From contig JAZDNT010000003.1 of assembly GCA_043799405.1 (NCBI GenBank), positions 143,461 through 207,460 of the forward strand: a stretch of 64,000 nt of DNA, written 5' to 3'. The position numbers were made by a program, and so were the translations under genes. Position 1 is the stretch's first letter; each line of letters begins with the position of its first letter. Below are positions 29,633 through 38,632 of this stretch, piece by piece. The DNA comes from Candidatus Kerfeldbacteria bacterium. Its GTDB lineage: Bacteria; Patescibacteriota; Patescibacteriia; SBBC01. The notes beneath the pieces were generated by a model. The model saw nothing but the letters and a program-made list of their open reading frames with translations, was not told the DNA's origin and did no database searches.

Positions 29633-30316
29633 ATGAACCGCTTTGCCAGAGCCAAGGAGGATCTGAAATCGCGGTTCACGATCTGGTGGACCGCCCATAT
29701 CGACGAGCCCTGCAAGGCGTTCGTCGACTGCTGCAAGCAGAAGAAGGAGGACGCGCTCGATCGTATCTTCCTCCACACGAGGTTCGGTCGGTATCTGTAC
29801 GACCGGATGTCCGCTGACGACTGGACGTGGCTGCGGTTGTGGCTGTGCTGGATCCCTGCTGCGTTCATCGTCGCCCACCTGAATGTAATCGCATGCCTGA
29901 GTTACGCGCTCATCTGGACGACGGATGCGATCGACGGCTGGTTCGCGCGCAAGAAGGGTACTGCATCGGATCGCGGTATGTGCTTCGAGACGACCGTGGA
30001 CTCGATCTTCGCGCTCGTCACCTTTATCGCGGTGTATGCTATGTACCGCGATATGCGCTGGCTCGTCGGCGTCGCGGGATCGCTTGAACTCATCCGTCTC
30101 GGCGGCGCCCTGTACTTCAGGTGGAAGCGCTACAAGCCGGGTACCAACCGGAGCGGCCAGAACAAGACGATCGCCTACGTTCTGGGCGTCGGTCTGCGAC
30201 TCTTCGGTCTGTCGATGGTCGGAAATCTGTTCCTGGTCATCGGCATCGCTCTGTCAATGTATTCGTGCTGGATGCACCTACGCGAGTACCAGTCGTGGAA
30301 ACGACAACAGCGCTGA
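29633..30316 (+). CDS. CDP-alcohol phosphatidyltransferase family protein
   Basis: DAIDGWFARKKGTASDRGMCFETTVD fits D-x2-DG-x2-AR-x8-G-x3-(D/E)-x3-D, with Glu at the third acidic position. It is a polytopic membrane protein. ATG 29633 follows SD GGGGGAGG (29621-29628). Confidence 0.75.
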   Translation: MNRFARAKEDLKSRFTIWWTAHIDEPCKAFVDCCKQKKEDALDRIFLHTRFGRYLYDRMSADDWTWLRLWLCWIPAAFIVAHLNVIACLSYALIWTTDAIDGWFARKKGTASDRGMCFETTVDSIFALVTFIAVYAMYRDMRWLVGVAGSLELIRLGGALYFRWKRYKPGTNRSGQNKTIAYVLGVGLRLFGLSMVGNLFLVIGIALSMYSCWMHLREYQSWKRQQR

Positions 30317-30356
30317 GAAAGGAGGATCTCAGCGCTTTACCAAATCTATGAACTTA

Positions 30357-32252
30357 CTATGACGCAGCTACGACAACGCCCTTGCCCGCAGCCTGCGGGT
30401 CGTTCGGCAGATCCGTCGTTACCTTATCGCGAGTGAACTGAATCGTCGTCACGGTGAACGCATCGGTCGCGGAAAACGCGATCGCATCCAGGAGAACCAT
30501 CGACGCCCCGACGTCAGAAGAGACCGGCGTGACTGCAAGCTCGAACGACACCGCGATCGTCGGGTTCGTTCCCCCGACGTCATCGGGCATACGGTTCAGT
30601 GCCCACGTCACAACACGTTTCGCCGCATCGAAGGACACGTCGCCTGCGGTCGTCGTTACGTTCTTCCCGGTCCAAAAAACCGTCGATGGCACCGTTGCCG
30701 ATACCATGACGTTCGTAAGTTCGTTCGTCGTATTCCCGATGTACCACGACATCCGGTATACCGTCGTTTTGCCGACCATGGGAGGAAGAGGGCCGGTTCC
30801 ATACACTTCACCCTGGTCGCCGTAGTATCGAGGTTCAACGCTCACCGTCGTTTTCGACACGACCTTCACCGAAAGCGGCGAAGCGTCGACCTTGATCGAT
30901 TTATCCGATTGTCCTGAGCTGTCATTCGCAGTCATGGCCGCTCTTACGTCAATGGTCGGTCCATTTGCGCCCTTCGTATCCTGCGGAACATCAGGGACCT
31001 TCAGGGCAAAACGGATCGTTCCAGTACTTCCTGGCTTGATCGAGGCAAGATCCGGAACGCTCGAGGAATTCCACGTGATAACCCCGTCCTTCGGAGCCGA
31101 CCCGTAGTCATCGCTAAAACTTCCGGCACTGTACGCTCCACCGCTCAAGGTCACCGTCATGGTTGCGTCTTCCATCTCTAGATCGCTGCCGTTCGTATAC
31201 GAAGCCTCGAACGACAAGGTATCGCCAGGGTTAGCAACAGCGACCGGTAAGGACTGCGACTTTACCGAAATACTCACATCGAGCGTCGAGGATACGAGGA
31301 GTACGACGAGCGATGTCTCGACCTGCCTCTCGTACGTAGCATCACGCTTCAGTTCGGCAGAGAACGACAGTTGCTGCGAATCGCCCTCTGTACCACTAAA
31401 CGAACCGTCAAAGGTGATCGTTCCCGTTCCGCCGCTCTTAAGCTCATTAACGACCCATACGGTATTGCCTTCGTACGGTTCCGGCGTGCTCGTCGCAACC
31501 GTGAAACCGTCGGGAAACGAGGCAGTAAACCTCAAGTCACGAATGACGTCGGATGATGAGTTCGTATAGGTAAGAACGTACCGTACGGTTGCTTTTGGGC
31601 TCGCCTGGACAGGACCAGTTAGACCAAGCTCAATGATTGACGAGGCAATGGTTACCGATCCGCTCGCCCGTGCCGTGAAGTCGTAGTTGAAATTCATCGG
31701 ACGGTATGTTACCGAAGCATTATAGGTCAGTACGTTCCCGACTTCGCCGGTGAGCGTTCCGACGACGGATACTGAACGCTTGTCGTGCGCCGCTATCGTT
31801 CCAAGCTGCCAGAGCGTATTGTTGGTATCCCCTGGTTTCGGATCGCTCTGTTTAAATGCCCAGCCGTCCGGTGACGATACGGATAGCTCGACGTTACGGA
31901 TCCCGACAGATCCGTCGTTCGTAACCGTAAAGGTGATGGTCGAGTCGCCGGCCGACGTCACCGATGTCGGCGTTACTACGGCAAGACTGACGCCTTTTTC
32001 GTTAAACCGGTTGCTCCGGTTGAAGGTCAGAAAACCGGCAAGCGTCGATCCGACGAGTACCGTAATGACAACAACAGCAATTACGAGCCGTCTCGACGGT
32101 TTCCGGTCAGAGGTCCTTTCGATCTTTTTGAGCGTCGGCGCGTCCTCCTCCGCTTCACCGCGGTATATCCGGTCGAGTATCTCTCCCGACTCAATCGAGT
32201 CAGTACGTTTCGCCCTCTTTGACTCCGTTGTTCGACGCAATTGTTTCGCCAT
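30357..32252 (-). CDS. Large secreted/surface protein with repeated beta-sandwich (DUF11/CARDB-like) segments
   Basis: An N-terminal TM anchor (VIAVVVITVLVGSTLAGFL) is followed by Thr/Ser/Val-rich repeats of roughly 100 aa. The likely start is MAKQLRR (ATG 32252), and the ORF is open to 32273. Confidence 0.7.
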   Translation of the reverse strand: MAKQLRRTTESKRAKRTDSIESGEILDRIYRGEAEEDAPTLKKIERTSDRKPSRRLVIAVVVITVLVGSTLAGFLTFNRSNRFNEKGVSLAVVTPTSVTSAGDSTITFTVTNDGSVGIRNVELSVSSPDGWAFKQSDPKPGDTNNTLWQLGTIAAHDKRSVSVVGTLTGEVGNVLTYNASVTYRPMNFNYDFTARASGSVTIASSIIELGLTGPVQASPKATVRYVLTYTNSSSDVIRDLRFTASFPDGFTVATSTPEPYEGNTVWVVNELKSGGTGTITFDGSFSGTEGDSQQLSFSAELKRDATYERQVETSLVVLLVSSTLDVSISVKSQSLPVAVANPGDTLSFEASYTNGSDLEMEDATMTVTLSGGAYSAGSFSDDYGSAPKDGVITWNSSSVPDLASIKPGSTGTIRFALKVPDVPQDTKGANGPTIDVRAAMTANDSSGQSDKSIKVDASPLSVKVVSKTTVSVEPRYYGDQGEVYGTGPLPPMVGKTTVYRMSWYIGNTTNELTNVMVSATVPSTVFWTGKNVTTTAGDVSFDAAKRVVTWALNRMPDDVGGTNPTIAVSFELAVTPVSSDVGASMVLLDAIAFSATDAFTVTTIQFTRDKVTTDLPNDPQAAGKGVVVAAS

Positions 32253-32301
32253 GGCTATGGTGAAGTATAGCACAGAATACGCGGCCGGGAGTTACGGTTT
32301 A

Positions 32302-32958
32302 CTAACGGAGCGCATACGAAAAGAAACGCTCGGCAGGGACATCCCTCTCGGCAATTCGTTCGATCTGCCGCAGCGCCGCTGTAACGCATAAGCGCGCCGT
32401 ATGTACAGAACAGACGATCCTCCGCATGAGACGCGGATCACCTTGAAGGAGAACGGCGACAAGACGGTCGACAGGCGTCTTTTTCCGACGCCCGATGTCC
32501 GGTAATGGCGTGTATCCGGAGAGCGCGACGAGATTCCATAATCCAAAGGCGACCGATAGGAACAGCGAACGGTTCGTGGTGCTCCGCTGAATGAGCACGA
32601 TCGATTCTCGGATCCTACGATAGAGAACGGTATCGTCGTGTATGCCATGGATCGTGACGTCGACAGACGAAACGATCAAGCCCGCTGCCGCCATTTTCGC
32701 GACAGACGAGCGGAGGTGCCGGAATGAATCACGTATCGTACTGCCGGTTACCTGCTCTCCGCTTCGTCCACCCACGGTCGTCACTTCGACGAGCGTGAGG
32801 GGCTCTAGGGAGCCTGCGAGCTTGCTTTCGAACTTTTGCGTCCCGCGCGCACGTAACTCGTGCTTCCCGTCGACACAAAAGAACGTGATGCGCCTGTCAT
32901 GCGCGCCAACGTTGCGACGGTTCAGGATAATTCCAGTTCGATGGGTTAAGTTCGCCAT
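32302..32958 (-). CDS. recO: DNA repair protein RecO
   Basis: 218 aa with an N-terminal OB-fold sequence (GIILNRRNVGAHDRRITFFCVDGKHELRARGTQKFESKLAGSLEP) typical of RecO. Confidence 0.85.
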   Translation of the reverse strand: MANLTHRTGIILNRRNVGAHDRRITFFCVDGKHELRARGTQKFESKLAGSLEPLTLVEVTTVGGRSGEQVTGSTIRDSFRHLRSSVAKMAAAGLIVSSVDVTIHGIHDDTVLYRRIRESIVLIQRSTTNRSLFLSVAFGLWNLVALSGYTPLPDIGRRKKTPVDRLVAVLLQGDPRLMRRIVCSVHTARLCVTAALRQIERIAERDVPAERFFSYALR

Positions 32959-32962
32959 ACAG

Positions 32963-33949
32963 TCAATGACACGTTCCTCTACCCATATCCCGGAACTCGC
33001 TGCCCGCGACCGGAATAAAGTCCCATTCGTATCCTGCCGGATGGAGAATGAGCTTTAGCGCGCCGAATGTTGTATTATTTCGTGCTTCACTTGTCGGAAG
33101 TATGTTATTGAAATTGTAGAGCACGTTCCCGCCGCCGGTACCGACGATAAATTCACGGATACCCTTCTGTTCATCCTTTGTGCCGTTCGCGTCCATCGGC
33201 GCAAACCGCTCATAGAGATGGTCATGGCCGGTAAGCACGACATCGACGCCGTTCTCCGCCATCAAGCGCCAGAACGTCTGCATCGCCGTGTCGCTCCCGT
33301 GAGTCCCGGAACTGAACCGTGGAACGTGCATGTACGCAAGCGTGCATATCGATCCGTTCGATGCAAGATCCGCCTGAAGCCATCGCGCCTCAGGAGAATC
33401 CTCGCCACAGCCGCCGATATCGCTGCAGTTTGTGTTCAGTGCTACGACATGCCATGTACCGATATCATAGCTGTAGTACCCTTTCGTCGGATCCCCCGCG
33501 CTCGTACCGAAATACTCGAAATACGCCGATGCATTCGGCGTTCGATACTCATGGTTTCCGGGTACCGGCCTGGTGCGCGAACGATGCGCTCCCCACGTCG
33601 TTCCGTAGCACTCCTTGAACTCCTGGACGCTGCCGGACGGATACGCTTCATCGCCGAGCGCTAGGATCATCCCTTCGGTCCTTCCTAGGATCGCAGCGGT
33701 CTCTTCGCTTCCCTTTACTCCACAGGTTGCGATATCGCCTGCAGCAAGAACGACAGGATCGCTCGACGGGGCTTCGACGGCATTCTCTTGCTGACCACCG
33801 GTGCTGACCGGCCGGTAGTGGTACCGTTGCCATGCCCACGTACCGATTCCTAACACGATCAGTGCGGTAGTGAAAAAGACTAAAATGCCCTTATACACTG
33901 TTCGTTCTTTTTTTGTGCCAAACATTGTAGGCCTCGAACACGGGCGCAA
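32963..33949 (-). CDS. Calcineurin-like metallophosphoesterase, membrane-anchored/secreted
   Basis: Motifs GDIATCG, LGDEAYP, PGNHEY and GHDHLYERF, with an N-terminal TM helix. An alternative start lies at M9 (33925). Confidence 0.85.
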   Translation of the reverse strand: MRPCSRPTMFGTKKERTVYKGILVFFTTALIVLGIGTWAWQRYHYRPVSTGGQQENAVEAPSSDPVVLAAGDIATCGVKGSEETAAILGRTEGMILALGDEAYPSGSVQEFKECYGTTWGAHRSRTRPVPGNHEYRTPNASAYFEYFGTSAGDPTKGYYSYDIGTWHVVALNTNCSDIGGCGEDSPEARWLQADLASNGSICTLAYMHVPRFSSGTHGSDTAMQTFWRLMAENGVDVVLTGHDHLYERFAPMDANGTKDEQKGIREFIVGTGGGNVLYNFNNILPTSEARNNTTFGALKLILHPAGYEWDFIPVAGSEFRDMGRGTCH

Positions 33950-34325
33950 GATTATCGATCAGCGGGTACTCGTGGTAGTGTATTGGATCGATCCATTGGT
34001 ACTCATCATGATCCCTGCTCAACGTTACGCGTTCAGTCGGCGACGTACAGGAAAAGAACGTTGCAATGATCTGCCACTCCTCGCCGCGAACGACCGGCCT
34101 CCACTCACCGACGAAAAATGGTTTTCCGAGTTGCGCATCGATCCCTGTTTCCTCATGGATTTCGCGCTTGAGCGTTTCATCAAAACGCTCACCGGGCTTA
34201 ACGCGTCCACCGACGACATCATACTTCCCCGCGTTCGTCCCGTCAGGGTTTTTCGCGGATTCACGCACAATCAACACGTTTCCTCTATACACAAGGAACG
34301 CCTTCATAGCAACGAGCTGCTTCAT
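33891..34325 (-). CDS. NUDIX hydrolase
   Basis: Nudix box GGRVKPGERFDETLKREIHEETGI. 144 aa. Confidence 0.85.
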   Translation of the reverse strand: MKQLVAMKAFLVYRGNVLIVRESAKNPDGTNAGKYDVVGGRVKPGERFDETLKREIHEETGIDAQLGKPFFVGEWRPVVRGEEWQIIATFFSCTSPTERVTLSRDHDEYQWIDPIHYHEYPLIDNLAPVFEAYNVWHKKRTNSV

Positions 34326-37300
34326 GCGCGGCCGAACAGCACCTTCCTGCCGTCTAGCTCGGCAACGACCACTGGTTCGCCGACATCATCAGCTCTGTTG
34401 AGCGCCGAGAGGCTCCCCTTTTCCTTAAGCGTCTTCTTGAAGTGCTGAACGTACAGCACGATATCATCGTCGACCTTGAAGCGGGCTGCGAGAGGTTCTC
34501 CCGGTTTCAGCCGGAGTTCCTTTCGCAGGGCGTTCACCGCTCTCACCATTTCACGGAGATACCCTTCTTCTCTGAGTTCATCGGTTACGGTTTTGTCGAG
34601 AGCAACGCCGTTCAGAGAGACCCATTCGCCTCCTTCAGGGAGTTTCTTCATCGCTACGATCTGTTTCACATTCAGCTCGTCTTTCAGGATGCCAATGATG
34701 GTGTTACGGAACTCCTGCGTCACGACCAGCTGTGACAGCGGCTGCCGTACCTTCAACTTCGCGGACGCCCTAAGCGCATGTCCTGTTTCAACGACATTTC
34801 GGGCACGCGCCATGTTCACGAGGAGTTCGTTATGGATCTCTTCCGGTTGTGGCCACTGTTCAAGGTGCACCGATGCTGCGGCTCCGAGCGAGCGCCAGAG
34901 CGCATCGGTAAAGAACGGCGTAAATGGAGCTGCGAGTTTCGCGTATTCGCGCAAGACGTACCCGAGAGTACCAGCGACAGCAGCGCGTCCTGCGCCTTTT
35001 GCCCGTTCACGCGATCTCCGGACGTACCATGTCGACAGGTCGGTCACGAACGATACGAGCTCTCGCGCCGCATCGACGATCCGGTACCCCTCGAGCGCAT
35101 CGGTCACCGTTGCCGTCGTCTTATCGAGGAGGGAAAGGACCCACCGGTCCATGACATCTTCGCTCTCGGGCCTATCCACTGGTGCCGATCCTTTCGTATG
35201 CAGCCTCCAGAAGCTCAATACGTTCCAGAGTATCATGAAATGTTTCTTCACCACTTCCGAGAGCTGGCTCTCGTCGAAGTTCTTCGGTTCAGAAGGCTGG
35301 TTGATGGTGAAGAGGTACATGCGCACCGCGTCCGCTCCGTACTTATCGAGGAGCACCATGGGGTCGATGTAGTTGCCGAGGCTCTTCGAGAGCTTCTTGC
35401 CTTCGCGGTCCCTGATGTGACCGAGCACGACGCACGTCTCGTACGGCGGACCGTCCTTCACGGCGCCTGCTTTCTGCAGGAACGTTGCGATCGCGAGCAG
35501 CGTATAGAACCACCCGCGCGTCTGGTCGATCGCCTCACTGATGAACGCAGCAGGATACGCCTTTCCGGCGTCGATCATGTCTTTTCGTTCGAACGGATAG
35601 TGCCGCTGTGCGAACGGCATTGAGCCGGAATCAAACCACGTATCCGCGACCTCCGGAACGCGCATCATCGTGCTCCTGCACTTCGGACAGGGATATGAAA
35701 TTGAATCAATGAAGGGGCGGTGCGGATCGAAGCTGCCGTCAGGACGGAACACAGACGCCGGAAACCTCACCTCGATCGGCTCGGCGAACGACGGATACTC
35801 AATTTCATTGATCTGCGATTCTGCCTTAATGCTCGCAGCCCATAGCGCGACGAGAATGGGGTCGCAGTGCGAGACAACGACAATGGTCTTCCCCTCGTAC
35901 TTCGCGTCAATCTCTCTAAGGAATCCCATGAAACGTTTCCGTACATCGAACCAGGTCTCGGTTGCGCCTTCGGGCATCTCGTGGAACCTCGAAACGTGCG
36001 GGAGGAACTCATGGTACTCCTTCGTCGTCTTTCCTTCGAATTTTGGACCGATCTGGTACTCATCGAGCCGCGAGTCGGTCGTGACGGTTACGCCGCACTC
36101 TGCAGCGATGATGTCAGCGGTCTGTTTCGTCCGGACGAATTCAGACGAGTACACCGCGTCTATATGCGCTTTCTTAAGCTTCTTCGCGGTCTTTTTCGCC
36201 TGCGAGATCCCCTTTTTCGTAAGGACTATGTCGCTGTTCTTGGTGATATCAGTATTGATAAGGTCATGAACGGAGATCGTCGCCTCGCCGTGGCGCACGA
36301 GGATGATCCGGTTACGTACCGGCATTTTTGACAGGAGTTCTTTGTAGCTCCCGATGCACTCACGGTGATCGCACGCGATGCACCTCCAGATCGGCAAGGG
36401 CGTTCCCCAGTACCGTTCACGCGAGATCGCCCAATCCTTTACCTCGCGGAGCCACTCGCCGAACCGTCCGTCCTTGATGTGCTTCGGTACCCAGTTAATT
36501 TTCTCGTTGTTTGCAATGAGCTCATCGCGAAGCTTTGACATCGTTATGAACCACGACGTCTTCGCATAGTATAAAAGCGGCGACTTACAACGCCAGCAGA
36601 ACGGGTAGTCGTGTTCATACAGTTCTTCTTTGTACAGCTTGCCATTGTCCTGTAGGTATTTCACAATCCCGTCCTCAACTGCTTTGTCCTTCACGTACTT
36701 CCCCTGCCACGGTTTCACGAGCTCGTTGAACTTTCCGGTTTCATCAACCGTATGCTTTTTCGGCAAATCCAATTTCTGTCCTAGATTGAAGTCATCTTCA
36801 CCATACATCACCGCAGTGTGAACAACGCCAGTTCCTTCTTCCGTGGTGACGAAATCCGCTGCGGTAATATAGTACGATTTCTTTCCAGTCTCTTTGCCTA
36901 AGTCAAGAAAATCAAACAGTGGTTTATACTGTTTGCCAACCAACTCGCTCCCTTTTTTCCTCCACACTATCGTTAAGGCGAGTCCGTCGGGTGCACCTTT
37001 TGATAAAACGCCCCCCAGACGCATTTTCCCTTTGGCGACCTCTGCAAGACGACTACTCGCTACAATGATGCATTCCCCTGAGCTAAACTTCGCCTTTACG
37101 TAGTCAATATTCGGATCGATTGCCAACGCGACATTGCCCGGCAAGGTCCACGGTGTCGTCGTCCATGCGAGGATGAACGTCCCTGGCTCATCGACGAGCT
37201 CGAACTTCAGGTACACTGCGCGGTCCTTTACGCGCTCGTACCCCTGCGCGACCTCATGGCTCGAGAGCGCCGTACCGCACCGGGGGCAGAACGGTACGAC

Positions 37301-37816
37301 CTTATAGTCCTGGACGAACAGCCCGGCATCCCACGCCTTCTTCAAAATCCACCAGAGCGTCTCGATGTAGTCGTTCGTGTAGGTGATGTACGGATGCTCC
37401 ATATCGATCCAGAACCCGATGCGCTCGGTCATCCGCTCCCAGAGGTCTTTATACTTCCAGACGTTCTTCTGGCACTCCTCGTTGAACTTCGCGATTCCGT
37501 ACTTCTCGATGTCTTTTTTACCGGAAACGCCGATCGCCTTCTCGACCTCGAGCTCGACAGGAAGCCCCTGCGTATCCCAGCCGGCCTTCCGCACGACATG
37601 GAAGCCCTGCATCGTCTTGTACCGCGGGATCAGGTCTTTAAATGCGCGTGTTTCAACGTGTCCGATGTGCGGCATGCCGTTCGCGGTCGGCGGACCTTCG
37701 AAGAACACGAAATCGCCCTTCGGAGCCTCCTTATCCAGGATCTTTCTGAAAACGTCCTCATCCTTCCACTGCTTCAGAACGCCCTTCTCAAGTTCGACAA
37801 TATTGAGTACTGCCAT
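34322..37816 (-). CDS. ileS: Isoleucyl-tRNA synthetase with an inserted histidine-phosphatase domain
   Basis: HIGH (PHIGH), editing-domain blocks (WTTTPWTLPGN; TGVVHTAVMYGEDD), KMSKS (KLSKSLGN) and WFDSGS. An approximately 190-aa RHG...SH histidine-phosphatase module sits at ORF residues 518-705. The likely start is MAVLNIVELEK (ATG 37816), and the ORF is open to 37873. Confidence 0.95.
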   Translation of the reverse strand: MAVLNIVELEKGVLKQWKDEDVFRKILDKEAPKGDFVFFEGPPTANGMPHIGHVETRAFKDLIPRYKTMQGFHVVRKAGWDTQGLPVELEVEKAIGVSGKKDIEKYGIAKFNEECQKNVWKYKDLWERMTERIGFWIDMEHPYITYTNDYIETLWWILKKAWDAGLFVQDYKVVPFCPRCGTALSSHEVAQGYERVKDRAVYLKFELVDEPGTFILAWTTTPWTLPGNVALAIDPNIDYVKAKFSSGECIIVASSRLAEVAKGKMRLGGVLSKGAPDGLALTIVWRKKGSELVGKQYKPLFDFLDLGKETGKKSYYITAADFVTTEEGTGVVHTAVMYGEDDFNLGQKLDLPKKHTVDETGKFNELVKPWQGKYVKDKAVEDGIVKYLQDNGKLYKEELYEHDYPFCWRCKSPLLYYAKTSWFITMSKLRDELIANNEKINWVPKHIKDGRFGEWLREVKDWAISRERYWGTPLPIWRCIACDHRECIGSYKELLSKMPVRNRIILVRHGEATISVHDLINTDITKNSDIVLTKKGISQAKKTAKKLKKAHIDAVYSSEFVRTKQTADIIAAECGVTVTTDSRLDEYQIGPKFEGKTTKEYHEFLPHVSRFHEMPEGATETWFDVRKRFMGFLREIDAKYEGKTIVVVSHCDPILVALWAASIKAESQINEIEYPSFAEPIEVRFPASVFRPDGSFDPHRPFIDSISYPCPKCRSTMMRVPEVADTWFDSGSMPFAQRHYPFERKDMIDAGKAYPAAFISEAIDQTRGWFYTLLAIATFLQKAGAVKDGPPYETCVVLGHIRDREGKKLSKSLGNYIDPMVLLDKYGADAVRMYLFTINQPSEPKNFDESQLSEVVKKHFMILWNVLSFWRLHTKGSAPVDRPESEDVMDRWVLSLLDKTTATVTDALEGYRIVDAARELVSFVTDLSTWYVRRSRERAKGAGRAAVAGTLGYVLREYAKLAAPFTPFFTDALWRSLGAAASVHLEQWPQPEEIHNELLVNMARARNVVETGHALRASAKLKVRQPLSQLVVTQEFRNTIIGILKDELNVKQIVAMKKLPEGGEWVSLNGVALDKTVTDELREEGYLREMVRAVNALRKELRLKPGEPLAARFKVDDDIVLYVQHFKKTLKEKGSLSALNRADDVGEPVVVAELDGRKVLFGRA

Positions 37817-37929
37817 AGAACAAGTCTCCGCTGTTGCTCGCAGCCGATTCAGATGTGTCTCTGACTTCCGCACTGCGATATATCAGATCGCATCATCAGC
37901 ATAGCAAACCAGAGGAAAAATGAAAATAG

Positions 37930-38529
37930 CTAGAGCATTCTTTTGAGAATGCTCTTATTGAGCCATACGTACGGCTCCCGTCCATAACTCTCGGACATAT
38001 CATGCTTCCGATAATTGTATTGAATATAATTGACTACGTTGAGAAGGTCTTCACCGTTTACCACGTGTCGTAGATGATACCGCCGCTGCCAGACATGCCC
38101 CGACATCATCGCTCGAGAAAACGTTCCCTTCATTGAGCGCATCAAATCTCCTAAGGATCCGGGTGCTCTCGAAAGAGCACCCTTGGTATGGGGTGAAGAT
38201 AACCGCTCCCCGCCCTTACGCGCCTTCCGACGTGCTGTTTCAAGGGGTGCCCTGGAAAAAGTGGCGTCGACGTTGAGCAACGAAAAATCGATTGCTTCCC
38301 CACCCTGTGCCCAGGGCATTCTTTCCAGAATGCCCTGACGTATTACCAGAAGATGAGCGTGGTCCGGCAAAATACAAAATCCGAGCAGGGTGAATCCTTT
38401 CGTTTGACAGGCCAATCTGATCATGGTGGCAAATCTATACGCCAAACGAACATCACTGAACAACCGTCGGCGGTCCTTGGTCACGGTGGTGATGAAATAG
38501 GCAATCGGAAATTCAACAATCGGGCGCAT
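37930..38529 (-). CDS. HUH/Y1 (IS200/RAYT-like, COG1943-type) transposase-like protein
   Basis: The HUH motif (ILPDHAHLLV) and C-terminal catalytic-Tyr region (WQRRYHLRHV...VVNYIQYNYRKH) are as in transposase_17/RAYT proteins. It is a single gene with no IS605-type tnpB partner. Confidence 0.7.
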   Translation of the reverse strand: MRPIVEFPIAYFITTVTKDRRRLFSDVRLAYRFATMIRLACQTKGFTLLGFCILPDHAHLLVIRQGILERMPWAQGGEAIDFSLLNVDATFSRAPLETARRKARKGGERLSSPHTKGALSRAPGSLGDLMRSMKGTFSRAMMSGHVWQRRYHLRHVVNGEDLLNVVNYIQYNYRKHDMSESYGREPYVWLNKSILKRML

Positions 38530-38632
38530 TGGATATCTCCTGCGCCACCTAAACTTCGATTAATCGGATCGCATATTCAGTATGCACGAAAACGGTGGTA
38601 AATGCAACTGAACTGAAATACGAATTGTTTAC

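Noticed and set aside
34442-35623. Plus-strand ORFs 34476..35372 (298 aa) and 34778..35623 (281 aa)
   Set aside because: They are antisense to ileS, with Arg/Ser/Pro-biased composition and no motifs.
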